Part shown: one piece after another, positions 15,831 to 23,798 of the stretch
How the letters are laid out: every line of letters begins with the position of its first letter
How positions within the stretch are numbered: position 1 is the stretch's first letter
Assembly: GCA_963728935.1 (NCBI GenBank)
Contig: CAVSMC010000001.1
Span: 3,121,591-3,145,590, forward strand
Reading direction: 5' to 3'
DNA: 24,000 nt
DNA from: an uncultured beta proteobacterium
Lineage (GTDB): Bacteria > Pseudomonadota > Gammaproteobacteria > Burkholderiales > Casimicrobiaceae
Made by a program: the position numbers and the translations under genes
Notes under the pieces: model-generated
What the model saw: only the letters and a program-made list of their open reading frames with translations
What the model was told of the DNA's origin: nothing
Database searches by the model: none

Positions 15831-17825
15831 ATGAATTACACATATGAACCTTCGCACGGCCCCATGGGGAGCATCGTCTCCATGGACCCGCGCTTGCAGA
15901 AGCTCGTGAGCTTCCGCGCGCTCGGCTTGCGCAAGCGCGCCACCACATCGACCGCGGTCGACGAAGTTGCGATCGTCGCCAAGGTGACCGACGTCGCCAA
16001 GTGGGAAGCGCTCTCCGAGGTCGAACCTGGAACGGTCGTCGGCACGACCGACGCCGACGGCACGACGATCGTCACCGGACGTATCCCGATCGCTCGCATC
16101 GAGCACGTGCGCACGCAACCGTTCGTGCAGAGCCTGAAGGCGGCGCGGCGGTTGAAACGTACGCTCGCGGCGACCACACAGGAGACGCTCGCGCGACCGT
16201 CGCTCCTTCCGGCGGGAAACAAGGCGAAAGGCGGTAAGGGCGCGATCGTCGGCATCGTCGATTTCGGCTGCGACTTCGCGCATCAGAACTTCCGCGACGC
16301 GGGCGGCAAGACGCGCGTGCGTGCGATCTGGAACCAAGCGGGCACGCCCGGCGCCGGCGGCAGCCCGTTCAACTACGGGCGGCTGCATCGCAAACCCGAG
16401 ATCAATCAGGCGCTCAAGAAGGCCGATCCGTACATCGCGCTCGGCTACGGACCCGATCCGAGCGAGCCCGCGCACGGCACGCACGTGATGGACATCGCGT
16501 CGGGCAACGGTCGGGGCACCGGCGTTCCCGGCATGGCGCCGCAGGCGGAGATCGTCTTCGTCGAAGTGTCGTCGAGCGACATTGCATGGAGCGGCGAGGA
16601 GGCGGTCGGGCAGTCGTTCGGTGACTCGGTGCAGCTTCTCGAGGCGCTGACGTTCATCTTCATCGAGGCGGCCGCGACGCCGTGCGCGATCAATGTGAGC
16701 CTCGGCACCAACGGCGGGCCGCACGACGGCACGACGCTCGCCGAGCAGGGGATCGACCGGTTGCTGCGCCAGCAGCCCAATCGCGCGGTGTGCATCGCGG
16801 CGTCGAATTCGTACGCCGACGGCATCCACGCCGCCGGCATGGTTCCGCAGAACGGCACGTACGATCTCGGCTGGAACGTCGCGTCGAACGACCAGACCGA
16901 AAACGAGCTCGAGCTCTGGTACCCGGGCGCATCGAGGCTCGCCGTCGAGCTGATGACGCCGACCGGCGCGACGATTGCGATGGTGCAACCGGGCGCGAGC
17001 GGGATGGTGATGGCGAACGGTCAGCCGGCGATCTTCATCGCCAATCGGCTGAACGATCCGAACAACGGCGACAACACGGTCGGCATCTTCATGACCGATC
17101 ACGCGCAGGGCGGTCGCTGGATCGTGCGTCTGCATGGCGATCAGACGCTCGCCACGCCTTTCCATGCATGGGTCGAGCGCGACGACTTCGGCCAATCGAG
17201 CTTCGACGCGCCGACCGACAATGGCTACACGGTTGGCTCGATCTCGTGCGGGCACGAGACGATCGTCGTCGGCTCGTATGACGCGCACAAGACCGAGACG
17301 CCGCTCTCCTGGTTCTCGAGCGCGGGACCGACGCGCGACGGCCGGCAGAAGCCGGAAGTTTCTGCGCCGGGGCACGCGGTGATCGCGGCGGCGTCGCGCA
17401 GCGTCAACGGCACGACGAAGATGTCGGGCACCAGCATGGCCGCGCCGTGCGTCACCGGGCTCTGCGCGCTCGTGCTCGCCGAGGCGAAAGCGCGCAACAG
17501 GACGCTCGCGATCGCCGACCTGCGAAGCGCCGTCGTCGACACGGCGCGGCGCGATCCGCCCGGTGGCACGGTATGGGACAACCGCTACGGTATGGGACGC
17601 GTATCGGCGAAGGCGGCCGTCGCGCGCGCGGGTACGACCGCGCAACCGGTCGCCGGGGTGCGCAGACCGCAGACACGGCCCGCGGTCATGTACGCCCCCG
17701 AAGCGCCGGTCGCGCTCGCAGGACGTGCAAGCGGCCGCGGAATGAAGCCGACGACAGCGCAGGCCGATGTCCGTCCGGCGGCGAAGCCGAGGCAGCGTGG
17801 GAAGCCCGCGAACCGGCGTGTCTAA
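15831..17825 (+). CDS. S8 (subtilisin-like) serine peptidase, signal-less, with an N-terminal I9-like prodomain and a basic low-complexity tail
   Basis: The catalytic triad occurs in D-H-S order: VGIVDFGCDFAH (the Asp codon is 16260-16262), HGTHVMDIASG and SGTSMAAPCVTG. The oxyanion Asn is in LGTNGGPHDG. The N-terminus MNYTYEPSHGPMGS.. has no hydrophobic leader. Confidence 0.9.
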   Translation: MNYTYEPSHGPMGSIVSMDPRLQKLVSFRALGLRKRATTSTAVDEVAIVAKVTDVAKWEALSEVEPGTVVGTTDADGTTIVTGRIPIARIEHVRTQPFVQSLKAARRLKRTLAATTQETLARPSLLPAGNKAKGGKGAIVGIVDFGCDFAHQNFRDAGGKTRVRAIWNQAGTPGAGGSPFNYGRLHRKPEINQALKKADPYIALGYGPDPSEPAHGTHVMDIASGNGRGTGVPGMAPQAEIVFVEVSSSDIAWSGEEAVGQSFGDSVQLLEALTFIFIEAAATPCAINVSLGTNGGPHDGTTLAEQGIDRLLRQQPNRAVCIAASNSYADGIHAAGMVPQNGTYDLGWNVASNDQTENELELWYPGASRLAVELMTPTGATIAMVQPGASGMVMANGQPAIFIANRLNDPNNGDNTVGIFMTDHAQGGRWIVRLHGDQTLATPFHAWVERDDFGQSSFDAPTDNGYTVGSISCGHETIVVGSYDAHKTETPLSWFSSAGPTRDGRQKPEVSAPGHAVIAAASRSVNGTTKMSGTSMAAPCVTGLCALVLAEAKARNRTLAIADLRSAVVDTARRDPPGGTVWDNRYGMGRVSAKAAVARAGTTAQPVAGVRRPQTRPAVMYAPEAPVALAGRASGRGMKPTTAQADVRPAAKPRQRGKPANRRV

Positions 17826-18051
17826 AATCACCGGCAGCATCTCGGCGACGCCGCTTCCCGGCGCCGCCGAGACCGTCAGCGTCATCGTGAAGGTTGCGAA
17901 GCCCGGCTACGTACCGCCGGGCTTTCGCGTTCGCGCGCGCGTCGACGAGCAGATGTTCACGGCGGATTGCGACGGCGCCGCGCTCGAGCGCGTCGAATCC
18001 GACCCCGACGTCGTATCCGTCGCGCTTGCGCGCAAGCTGCAATCGTCGTAG
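17818..18051 (+). CDS. small (about 77 aa) I9/prodomain-like protein, paralogous to the N-terminus of the adjacent S8 peptidase
   Basis: The frame is open from 17767. Candidate starts are ATG 17767 (59-nt overlap with the S8 gene), GTG 17818 (8-nt overlap, chosen) and GTG 17887, which would cut the first beta-strand. VSVIVKV...AALERVESDPDVVSVALARKLQ aligns with the S8 residues VAIVAKV...ARIEHVRTQPFVQSLKAARRLK, with 9 of 22 identical in the second block. Confidence 0.55.
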   Translation: MSKITGSISATPLPGAAETVSVIVKVAKPGYVPPGFRVRARVDEQMFTADCDGAALERVESDPDVVSVALARKLQSS

Positions 18052-18072
18052 CGCATTCGACTGCAAAGGCGA

Positions 18073-20742
18073 ATGGATACCGAAATCGGCGACGCCGCCT
18101 GCTACACCGACGAAGCCGCCCGCGTCGGCCGCCGGCGCACCGCCCTTGGTCTCGATGCGGACCAAGCCCGCCGTGCGCTCGCGCTGTCCGGCGGCGGAAT
18201 CCGCAGCGCGACGTTTGCGTTGGGCGTGCTGCAGGCGCTTGCACGCAAGCCGCTCACGGCTAACCAGGCGCCGCAAGATGCGCGTACGCTGCTGTGGAGC
18301 TTCGATTACTTGTCGACCGTGAGTGGCGGCGGCTACATCGGCTCGTTTTTCGCAAGCCTTTTCGTTCCCGGCCGGCTCGACTTCACCGCGCCTGCGCCGG
18401 TGCCGGCCGCTCCGCTTGCCGGCGCCGCTCCTGCGGCGGCACCGACCGCAGCCGCACCGACGGGCGTGCCGCAGGCGAGCATCGACGCGGCACGCCGCGC
18501 CTACGACGTCATGGCGTACGAGCCGCCGGGTCGCATCCGCGCGACGGAGAATTACGCGACCGGCAATCCCGGGCGCGGACCGCTCGCGTGGTTGCGGGAG
18601 AACGGACGCTACCTCACGCCGACCGGCGCCGGCGACCTGCTCTATGGAATGGTGCTCGCGATCCGCAACTGGCTCGCGGTCCATTACGTGATCGGCACAT
18701 TGTTCGTGTTCGGACTGTCGGCGATCGCGCTCGCGCGCGGCGCGCTGATGTTCGTCGATTCGGTCGGCGATTACGAGCAGGCGCTGCTGCCCGCGTCTCC
18801 CGAGGGCGGCTATTGGTGGTGGAGCCTGCTGTGGTGGCTGCCGATCGCAATGGCCGCGGCATGGGTCGTGCCGGTCGGCGTCGCATTCTGGCTCACTCAT
18901 CCGCGGTCCTCCGGCTCGGTCAGGGACCCGCCGCGGCCGCTCACCGTTGCATCGACGGCAGCGGTTGTCCTCGGATTGATTCTTGCCGGGGTCGCCGTCT
19001 GGGCGGCCTGGCCCGACGGCATCGACGGCATTCTCGAGCGCGTGACCGATCCTTACGGCAACGTCCATTGGACCAACCCGCCCGCGCTGTCGGCCGCGAT
19101 CGCATCGGTGATGGCGTTGTTCGGCTTCGTGTTCTTCGTCGGCTCGCAGCGGCAGGCGGCGAGCATTTCCGATCATCGCGTCATCCTCACCCGCGAGCTC
19201 GCCCGGGCGTTCAAGTGGACGATCGCGCTCGCGCTCGTCGCATTGGTCGACTCGCTTGGCCAGAGCGCGTATTTGTGGCTGATCGAGGGCGGCGTGAAGC
19301 AGCTCGCGCCGATGTCCGTTCTCGTCGCGGCGATGTGGTTGATACGAAAGGCCGCTTTCGTGCTCGACGAGCGGGCGAAGCCGGGATGGCTCGCGAAAGT
19401 GCCGCTCGGGATCGGCGCGACCGCACTCGGCGCGTTGCTGCTGGTTCTCGTGGCGGTGATCTGGGAGTTGCTCGTTCACTGGCTGCAGTGGCGCGGCAAG
19501 CTGCCCGACCCGGTGGCGCTCGTCGATCCGCAGCGGCTCGTGATCCTGCTCGCGCTGACGCTGATGGCGTTCGTGCTCGCATGGACGGCCGGCCGCTTCC
19601 CGGGATTCGTCAACCTGTCGACGCTGCAGTCGCTGTACGGCGCGCGGTTGACGCGCGCGTATCTCGGCGCGTCCAACGGCCGCCGGTTCGCCGCCGGAAC
19701 GCAGGGCAACGACATCCGAAGCGTCGCCGAGCCCGATGCGCGGGACCAGTTGACCCACGCTCAGTACTACGCGCCCGACGTGCTCGCGCCGTTGCACATC
19801 GTCAACGTGACGGTGAACCAGACGAGCGACCCGGCCGAGCAACTGACGCAGCGCGACCGCAAGGGGCGGCCGCTCGCGATCCTTCCGTCCGGATTCACGA
19901 TCGACGGCACGTTCGCGCCATTCCGCGCCGTGGCCACACGCAGCGAGCTCGACACCGAGCTCACGATGGGCGAATGGATCGGGACGTCCGGAGCCGCGTT
20001 CACCACCGGCCTGGGTCGCGCGACGAACCTCGGCATCTCGCTCGTGCTCGGTCTCGCGAACGTGCGCCTCGGCGTGTGGTGGCGCTCGGGCTGCGGCGTC
20101 GATCTCGCGCGCGGGCTCGACCGCTTGTTCGAGAAGGTCTTCCGCAGCCAGTCGTTCCTCGCGCAGGAGCTGATCGCCCAGTTCCACGGGCTGCGGCGGA
20201 CATGGCAATACCTGTCCGACGGCGGTCACTTCGAGAACACGGGCATCTACGAGCTGTTGCGGCCGGAGCGCGACGTCCGCTCGATCGTCGCCTGCGACGA
20301 CGGCTGCGACCAGTCCTACGGATTCGGCGATCTCGCGAACCTCATTCGTCTCGCGCGGATCGACTACGGCATCGAGATCGAAGTCGACGCGGCCGCTGCA
20401 GCCGATCCCGTGCTGGGCGAGGTGTTCGGCACGATGGCGGAGTTCGCGAAGCGCAAGCGCAACGATACGAAGTGTGCGCTGCTGTTGAACGTTTACGACA
20501 CCAGACCGGTGCGCGCCGCACAACCACGGTGCCGGATCATCGTGATCAAGCCGCGGATGGTGAAAGGCCTTGCAATCGACGTCGCGAACTATGCCGCGTC
20601 GCACGAGCTCTTTCCGCAGGAGCCGACGTCCGATCAGTTCTTCGATGAAGCGCAGTGGGAAGCGTATCGCAAGCTCGGCATGGAGCTTGCAACGCGCGTT
20701 ATCGATTGCTGCAGGCGCAGCGCGGCCACGCCGCTGCTCTGA
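18073..20742 (+). CDS. patatin-like phospholipase with a polytopic transmembrane insertion between the catalytic Ser and Asp
   Basis: The oxyanion motif is LSGGGIRSATF (18187-18204). The nucleophile is in STVSGGGY, with Ser84 at codon 18322-18324. The catalytic Asp is in YLSDGGHFENTG, with Asp716 at codon 20218-20220. Between them lie about 8 hydrophobic helices (about 18637-19595), for example WWWSLLWWLPIAMAAAWVVPVGVAFWL and VPLGIGATALGALLLVLVAVIWELLV. Confidence 0.9.
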   Translation: MDTEIGDAACYTDEAARVGRRRTALGLDADQARRALALSGGGIRSATFALGVLQALARKPLTANQAPQDARTLLWSFDYLSTVSGGGYIGSFFASLFVPGRLDFTAPAPVPAAPLAGAAPAAAPTAAAPTGVPQASIDAARRAYDVMAYEPPGRIRATENYATGNPGRGPLAWLRENGRYLTPTGAGDLLYGMVLAIRNWLAVHYVIGTLFVFGLSAIALARGALMFVDSVGDYEQALLPASPEGGYWWWSLLWWLPIAMAAAWVVPVGVAFWLTHPRSSGSVRDPPRPLTVASTAAVVLGLILAGVAVWAAWPDGIDGILERVTDPYGNVHWTNPPALSAAIASVMALFGFVFFVGSQRQAASISDHRVILTRELARAFKWTIALALVALVDSLGQSAYLWLIEGGVKQLAPMSVLVAAMWLIRKAAFVLDERAKPGWLAKVPLGIGATALGALLLVLVAVIWELLVHWLQWRGKLPDPVALVDPQRLVILLALTLMAFVLAWTAGRFPGFVNLSTLQSLYGARLTRAYLGASNGRRFAAGTQGNDIRSVAEPDARDQLTHAQYYAPDVLAPLHIVNVTVNQTSDPAEQLTQRDRKGRPLAILPSGFTIDGTFAPFRAVATRSELDTELTMGEWIGTSGAAFTTGLGRATNLGISLVLGLANVRLGVWWRSGCGVDLARGLDRLFEKVFRSQSFLAQELIAQFHGLRRTWQYLSDGGHFENTGIYELLRPERDVRSIVACDDGCDQSYGFGDLANLIRLARIDYGIEIEVDAAAAADPVLGEVFGTMAEFAKRKRNDTKCALLLNVYDTRPVRAAQPRCRIIVIKPRMVKGLAIDVANYAASHELFPQEPTSDQFFDEAQWEAYRKLGMELATRVIDCCRRSAATPLL

Positions 20743-20866
20743 ACACAGTTGCCGGCAGTGAGCATTCCGTTTCGTTTGTAGTCATCGGGATGCCATCATC
20801 CGCGCGTAACTTGGTGAACCGATCGGTGATTTGCCGCTCATAGTGACTCGTAGCAGGAGGTGCCGA

Positions 20867-21088
20867 ATGCATTCACCGGACGATTGCCATCAAGCGGCCG
20901 CCCACCATTACGAGCTCGCGGCTCGACATCACCGCGCCGCCGCCGAGCATGCGGCGGAGGGCGATCTCACGCTCGCCGAGGAGTTGATGCGGCTTGCCAA
21001 CGGCCACGCGGCGCGCGCGGGCAGGTTCGCGCTCCGTGCCGCCGTGCAAATACCGCGCGGCGCGAACGACGAAATCGACGACGATTAG
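20867..21088 (+). CDS. small His/Ala-rich helical protein of unknown function
   Basis: AGGAGG (20855-20860) lies 6 nt before ATG 20867. The 73-aa sequence is MHSPDDCHQAAAHHYELAARHHRAAAEHAAEGDL... with an acidic tail NDEIDDD. The HHxxAAxHH periodicity resembles small His-rich proteins I have seen in beta-proteobacteria. Confidence 0.6.
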   Translation: MHSPDDCHQAAAHHYELAARHHRAAAEHAAEGDLTLAEELMRLANGHAARAGRFALRAAVQIPRGANDEIDDD

Positions 21089-21611
21089 CTCAGCTAGACG
21101 GCTAAGGCGCGCGTCGCACGCGGATCTCGTGCCACGTGCGATCGCGGGCGAGTGAACGCGAGTTTTGGCGAGCTCCGGCATGTGCGTAGCGTCGCGATGT
21201 TGCTTGCCAGCCGTCGAGCGCGCTCGTTCTTCGGCGTCACCTGTGTTGTTTGCGAGGTGGTTAGCAAAAGTGCTAACTCCCACCTCGGACATGACCCATC
21301 GTCCGCACGGACGAGCTTGAGCCAAAATGACGCGCTTTGCGAGTGCGTTTTTGGCCCTTGCGCCGGTGCACTCGCCATCGTTTCGTGGCGATGCGAACGA
21401 GCTCGAGCTGTCTGGGGAGCGCCGTCGAAGCCGCGCGCTGAAGGCGTTCCTAGCACCGTGGTTCACGTCAAAGCGAGCGGGGCAGGGTCGGCAGCCCAAG
21501 TTCGCAATTTTGCGAACAGGTCCTTAGTTAGGCTATGCGATTCCTGTAGCCGATTCCAAATCAGGTTCAGAGCGACGTCAATGCCATGTACGTCTGTTTT
21601 CGACCCCCCGA

Positions 21612-21968
21612 TTACTTGCCTTCCGTCTCCGGCAACGGATTGAGTTGCATGACCTCGATGGACGCCCGCGGGATTCCGAAGTGTGGGTGGCCCTCGAAGG
21701 CTCTTGCGGCCGCATCGTGCGATTCGGCTTCAAGGATGGCATAGAGCATGATGTCGTTTCTCGTGTCCGCGACGCCTTCTGCCGTTACACGCTTGGTCTT
21801 GCCCACACCGGCGCCCTTGTCGGCGAATAGCTTGGCGTGATCCGCCATCCAGTTCCTCCAATCCCGCATCATCTTCTCCTCCGCCTCCTTACGCTTTTCG
21901 GCGGGGGTCTTCATCCATTCGTCTATCACCGCGGCGGGCGCAGTGTACAAGACAAGGAATCTGCTCAT
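21612..21968 (-). CDS. small hypothetical protein (possible ferredoxin-like alpha+beta fold)
   Basis: 118-aa ORF with GGAAAGGAG upstream of the ATG. Its composition is sensible: MSRFLVLYTAP...IMLYAILEAESHDAAARAFEGHPHF...IEVMQL. GC is lower than in neighbouring genes. I do not recognise the family. Confidence 0.65.
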   Translation of the reverse strand: MSRFLVLYTAPAAVIDEWMKTPAEKRKEAEEKMMRDWRNWMADHAKLFADKGAGVGKTKRVTAEGVADTRNDIMLYAILEAESHDAAARAFEGHPHFGIPRASIEVMQLNPLPETEGK

Positions 21969-22184
21969 ATCCGGGCTCCTTTCCCGAGGGGCGATAGCCC
22001 GCGCTCACGTTTGGCCCGGGCCTACGAGGCATTGGGCATGATCGTCAAGGCCGGAGTTCCTCGGGATCAAGAATTAGTCGTAGCAAAGTCCGCTGCGGCG
22101 CCGGTGAGGAGCATATCCGGGTCGGAAACAGGAAGCTGTCCGACTTACTTTAAACTTAGCCAAGGTGGGCACGCGCGACCGCAC

Positions 22185-23783
22185 CTACGTCGCCGCGCGT
22201 CGTCGCGATGCGTGTGCACCGATGCGCAGCGCGGCAGCGACTTCACCTGCGGCGCGCTGGCCGCTTTCCACCGCCCCGTTGAGATAGCCCGACCACGATT
22301 CCGACGTGTGCTCGCCGGCGAAGTGCACGTTGCCCTCGTGCTCGTGCAGCGCGCCGTTGATCGTCGTGTATTGGCCCGGTTTCAGCAGCGAGTACGAGCC
22401 GAGCGTCCACGGATAGCGTTCCCACGCATTGCGGATCACGCGTCCGTTCCACAGCGACGCGAGGCCCGGCAGCGCGCGCTCGAGATCGGCCAACGCGTCG
22501 CGCGCACGCTCGTCGGGCTCGCCGTCGCCGGCGCGCGTCGCCGTGCTGCCGCCCGAGTAGAAGTTGAGGATGCCGGCAGGCCCCTGCTGCGCGCGCGTCG
22601 CTTCCCAGCTCGTCTGGAACGTGCCTTCGACGCGCGTCTCGCCGTTGGCATTGCGCCGCTCCCACGCGCGCTCGCTGAACTGTAGCTGCAGTTTCGTGTT
22701 GCGGCCCATGCCGAGCTCGCGGACCGCTTTGAGCTTGCGTGGCGTGAATCCGGCGGCGTTGAGGTCGACCCGACGCAACAGCGTGAATGGCAGCGCGAGA
22801 ATCACGCGATCGGCAAGCTCGTCGTGCGTCGATTGATCGCGCGCGAACGTGAGCCGGCAGCGCCCGTCGCCGCGGCGCGCGATCGCGAGCAGCCGCTGCG
22901 ATGTCACGACGCGATCGTCGAGTCGTGACGAGAGCAGGCGAACGATCTGATCGTTGCCGCCGCGCACGTGATAGCGCTGGTCGGACTCTTCGTACGGCGA
23001 GAAGCGGTCACGGGGCGACCCGCGCAGCAGCGCGACGACCGACACGGCACTGATCTCGTACAAGTCGCCGCCCAATTCCTCGATGTACGCGTTGGCGAGC
23101 AGCCGGCCGAGCGGCGAAGCGAGACCTCCGGGAACGCGCGTTGCAATCCAGCGATCGGCGGACATGCGATCGAGCGCGCGCTGTGCCGCGGTCGCACGCT
23201 TGTACGTGGGAAGATCTTCGCCGAGCGCCTTCGCGTCGATATCCAATGCGGGCAGCATGCGCCGGAAGTCCGCGGTCGCCGCGTCGAGCGAGTAGCGACC
23301 GTCGCCGAACACGAACACGGGCCCGGAACCCTTCGCTTCGGCTTCGAGCAGGTCGTCGAGCTCGAGGCCGAGCTCGACGACGAGCGCGCGAATTTCCTCA
23401 TGGACCGTGTCGATCAGCTCACCGCCCCGCTCGGCGATCTGGTTGTCGAACGCGCGCAGTTCGGACCAGCAACGGCCCCCGGCGCGCGGCGACGCGTCGT
23501 AGATCTCGGCGATGATGCCGGCTTTGCGAAGCTCGTACGCGGCGGTGAGCCCGGCGAGGCCGGCGCCGACGACGACGATCTTCGGGGCGACGGCGGCGCG
23601 CGCCGGTGTCGGCCATGCGCCGAACGGCAGCGCGGCGGCGCCGGCGATCGCGAGCGTCTGTTTGACGAATGCGCGGCGTGACGGTGATACCGCGGCGGTA
23701 TCGTGGTCGGGTGCTTCGTGCGCGCGAGCGCGCGCATCGCGCGCGATGCGCTGCACGAGACGCATGAGTGGCGATTGTGCCAT
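22185..23783 (-). CDS. Tat-exported flavin-containing amine oxidase family protein
   Basis: The twin-arginine leader is SRRAFVKQTLAIAGAAALPF..ARA|AV. The FAD dinucleotide fold is KIVVVGAGLAGLTAAYEL...YDASPRAGGR. The C-terminal block is VHFAGEHTSESWSGYLNGAVESG. Confidence 0.85.
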   Translation of the reverse strand: MAQSPLMRLVQRIARDARARAHEAPDHDTAAVSPSRRAFVKQTLAIAGAAALPFGAWPTPARAAVAPKIVVVGAGLAGLTAAYELRKAGIIAEIYDASPRAGGRCWSELRAFDNQIAERGGELIDTVHEEIRALVVELGLELDDLLEAEAKGSGPVFVFGDGRYSLDAATADFRRMLPALDIDAKALGEDLPTYKRATAAQRALDRMSADRWIATRVPGGLASPLGRLLANAYIEELGGDLYEISAVSVVALLRGSPRDRFSPYEESDQRYHVRGGNDQIVRLLSSRLDDRVVTSQRLLAIARRGDGRCRLTFARDQSTHDELADRVILALPFTLLRRVDLNAAGFTPRKLKAVRELGMGRNTKLQLQFSERAWERRNANGETRVEGTFQTSWEATRAQQGPAGILNFYSGGSTATRAGDGEPDERARDALADLERALPGLASLWNGRVIRNAWERYPWTLGSYSLLKPGQYTTINGALHEHEGNVHFAGEHTSESWSGYLNGAVESGQRAAGEVAAALRIGAHASRRRAAT

Positions 23784-23798
23784 CGGCTGTCGGCCGCG

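Noticed and set aside
17821-17830. Programmed +1 frameshift at GUC UAA A fusing the S8 peptidase to the downstream I9-like frame
   Set aside because: The P-site codon GUC cannot re-pair in the +1 frame (UCU), and there is no slippery run. Overlapping independent initiation or an ancient split is more plausible, so I did not claim recoding.
14595-17885. 1096-aa minus-strand ORF spanning the alpha/beta-hydrolase and S8 genes
   Set aside because: It is antisense to two plus-strand genes that have clear catalytic motifs. Its translation is Arg/Asp/Ala-rich low complexity with no recognisable domain. This is a typical stop-poor antisense frame in high-GC DNA.
17686-20604. 972-aa minus-strand ORF across the patatin gene
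   Set aside because: The reasoning is the same. It is antisense to a gene with patatin motifs and coherent TM helices, and its own translation is Arg-rich with no motifs.
21089-21611. Track ORFs 21152..21643 (+), 21327..21527 (+), 20873..21499 (-) and 21094..21456 (-) as genes, and a possible tRNA
   Set aside because: They overlap one another in several frames. None has an RBS or recognisable motifs. I could not find a cloverleaf or T-loop (GTTCGAATC-like) consistent with a tRNA.
14078-22184. Calling the hydrolase cluster region a genomic island or mobile element
   Set aside because: No integrase, transposase, tRNA attachment site or flanking direct repeats are visible. The GC content of the cluster itself looks host-like. 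Only the downstream patch is GC-poor. Island status needs comparative genomics.
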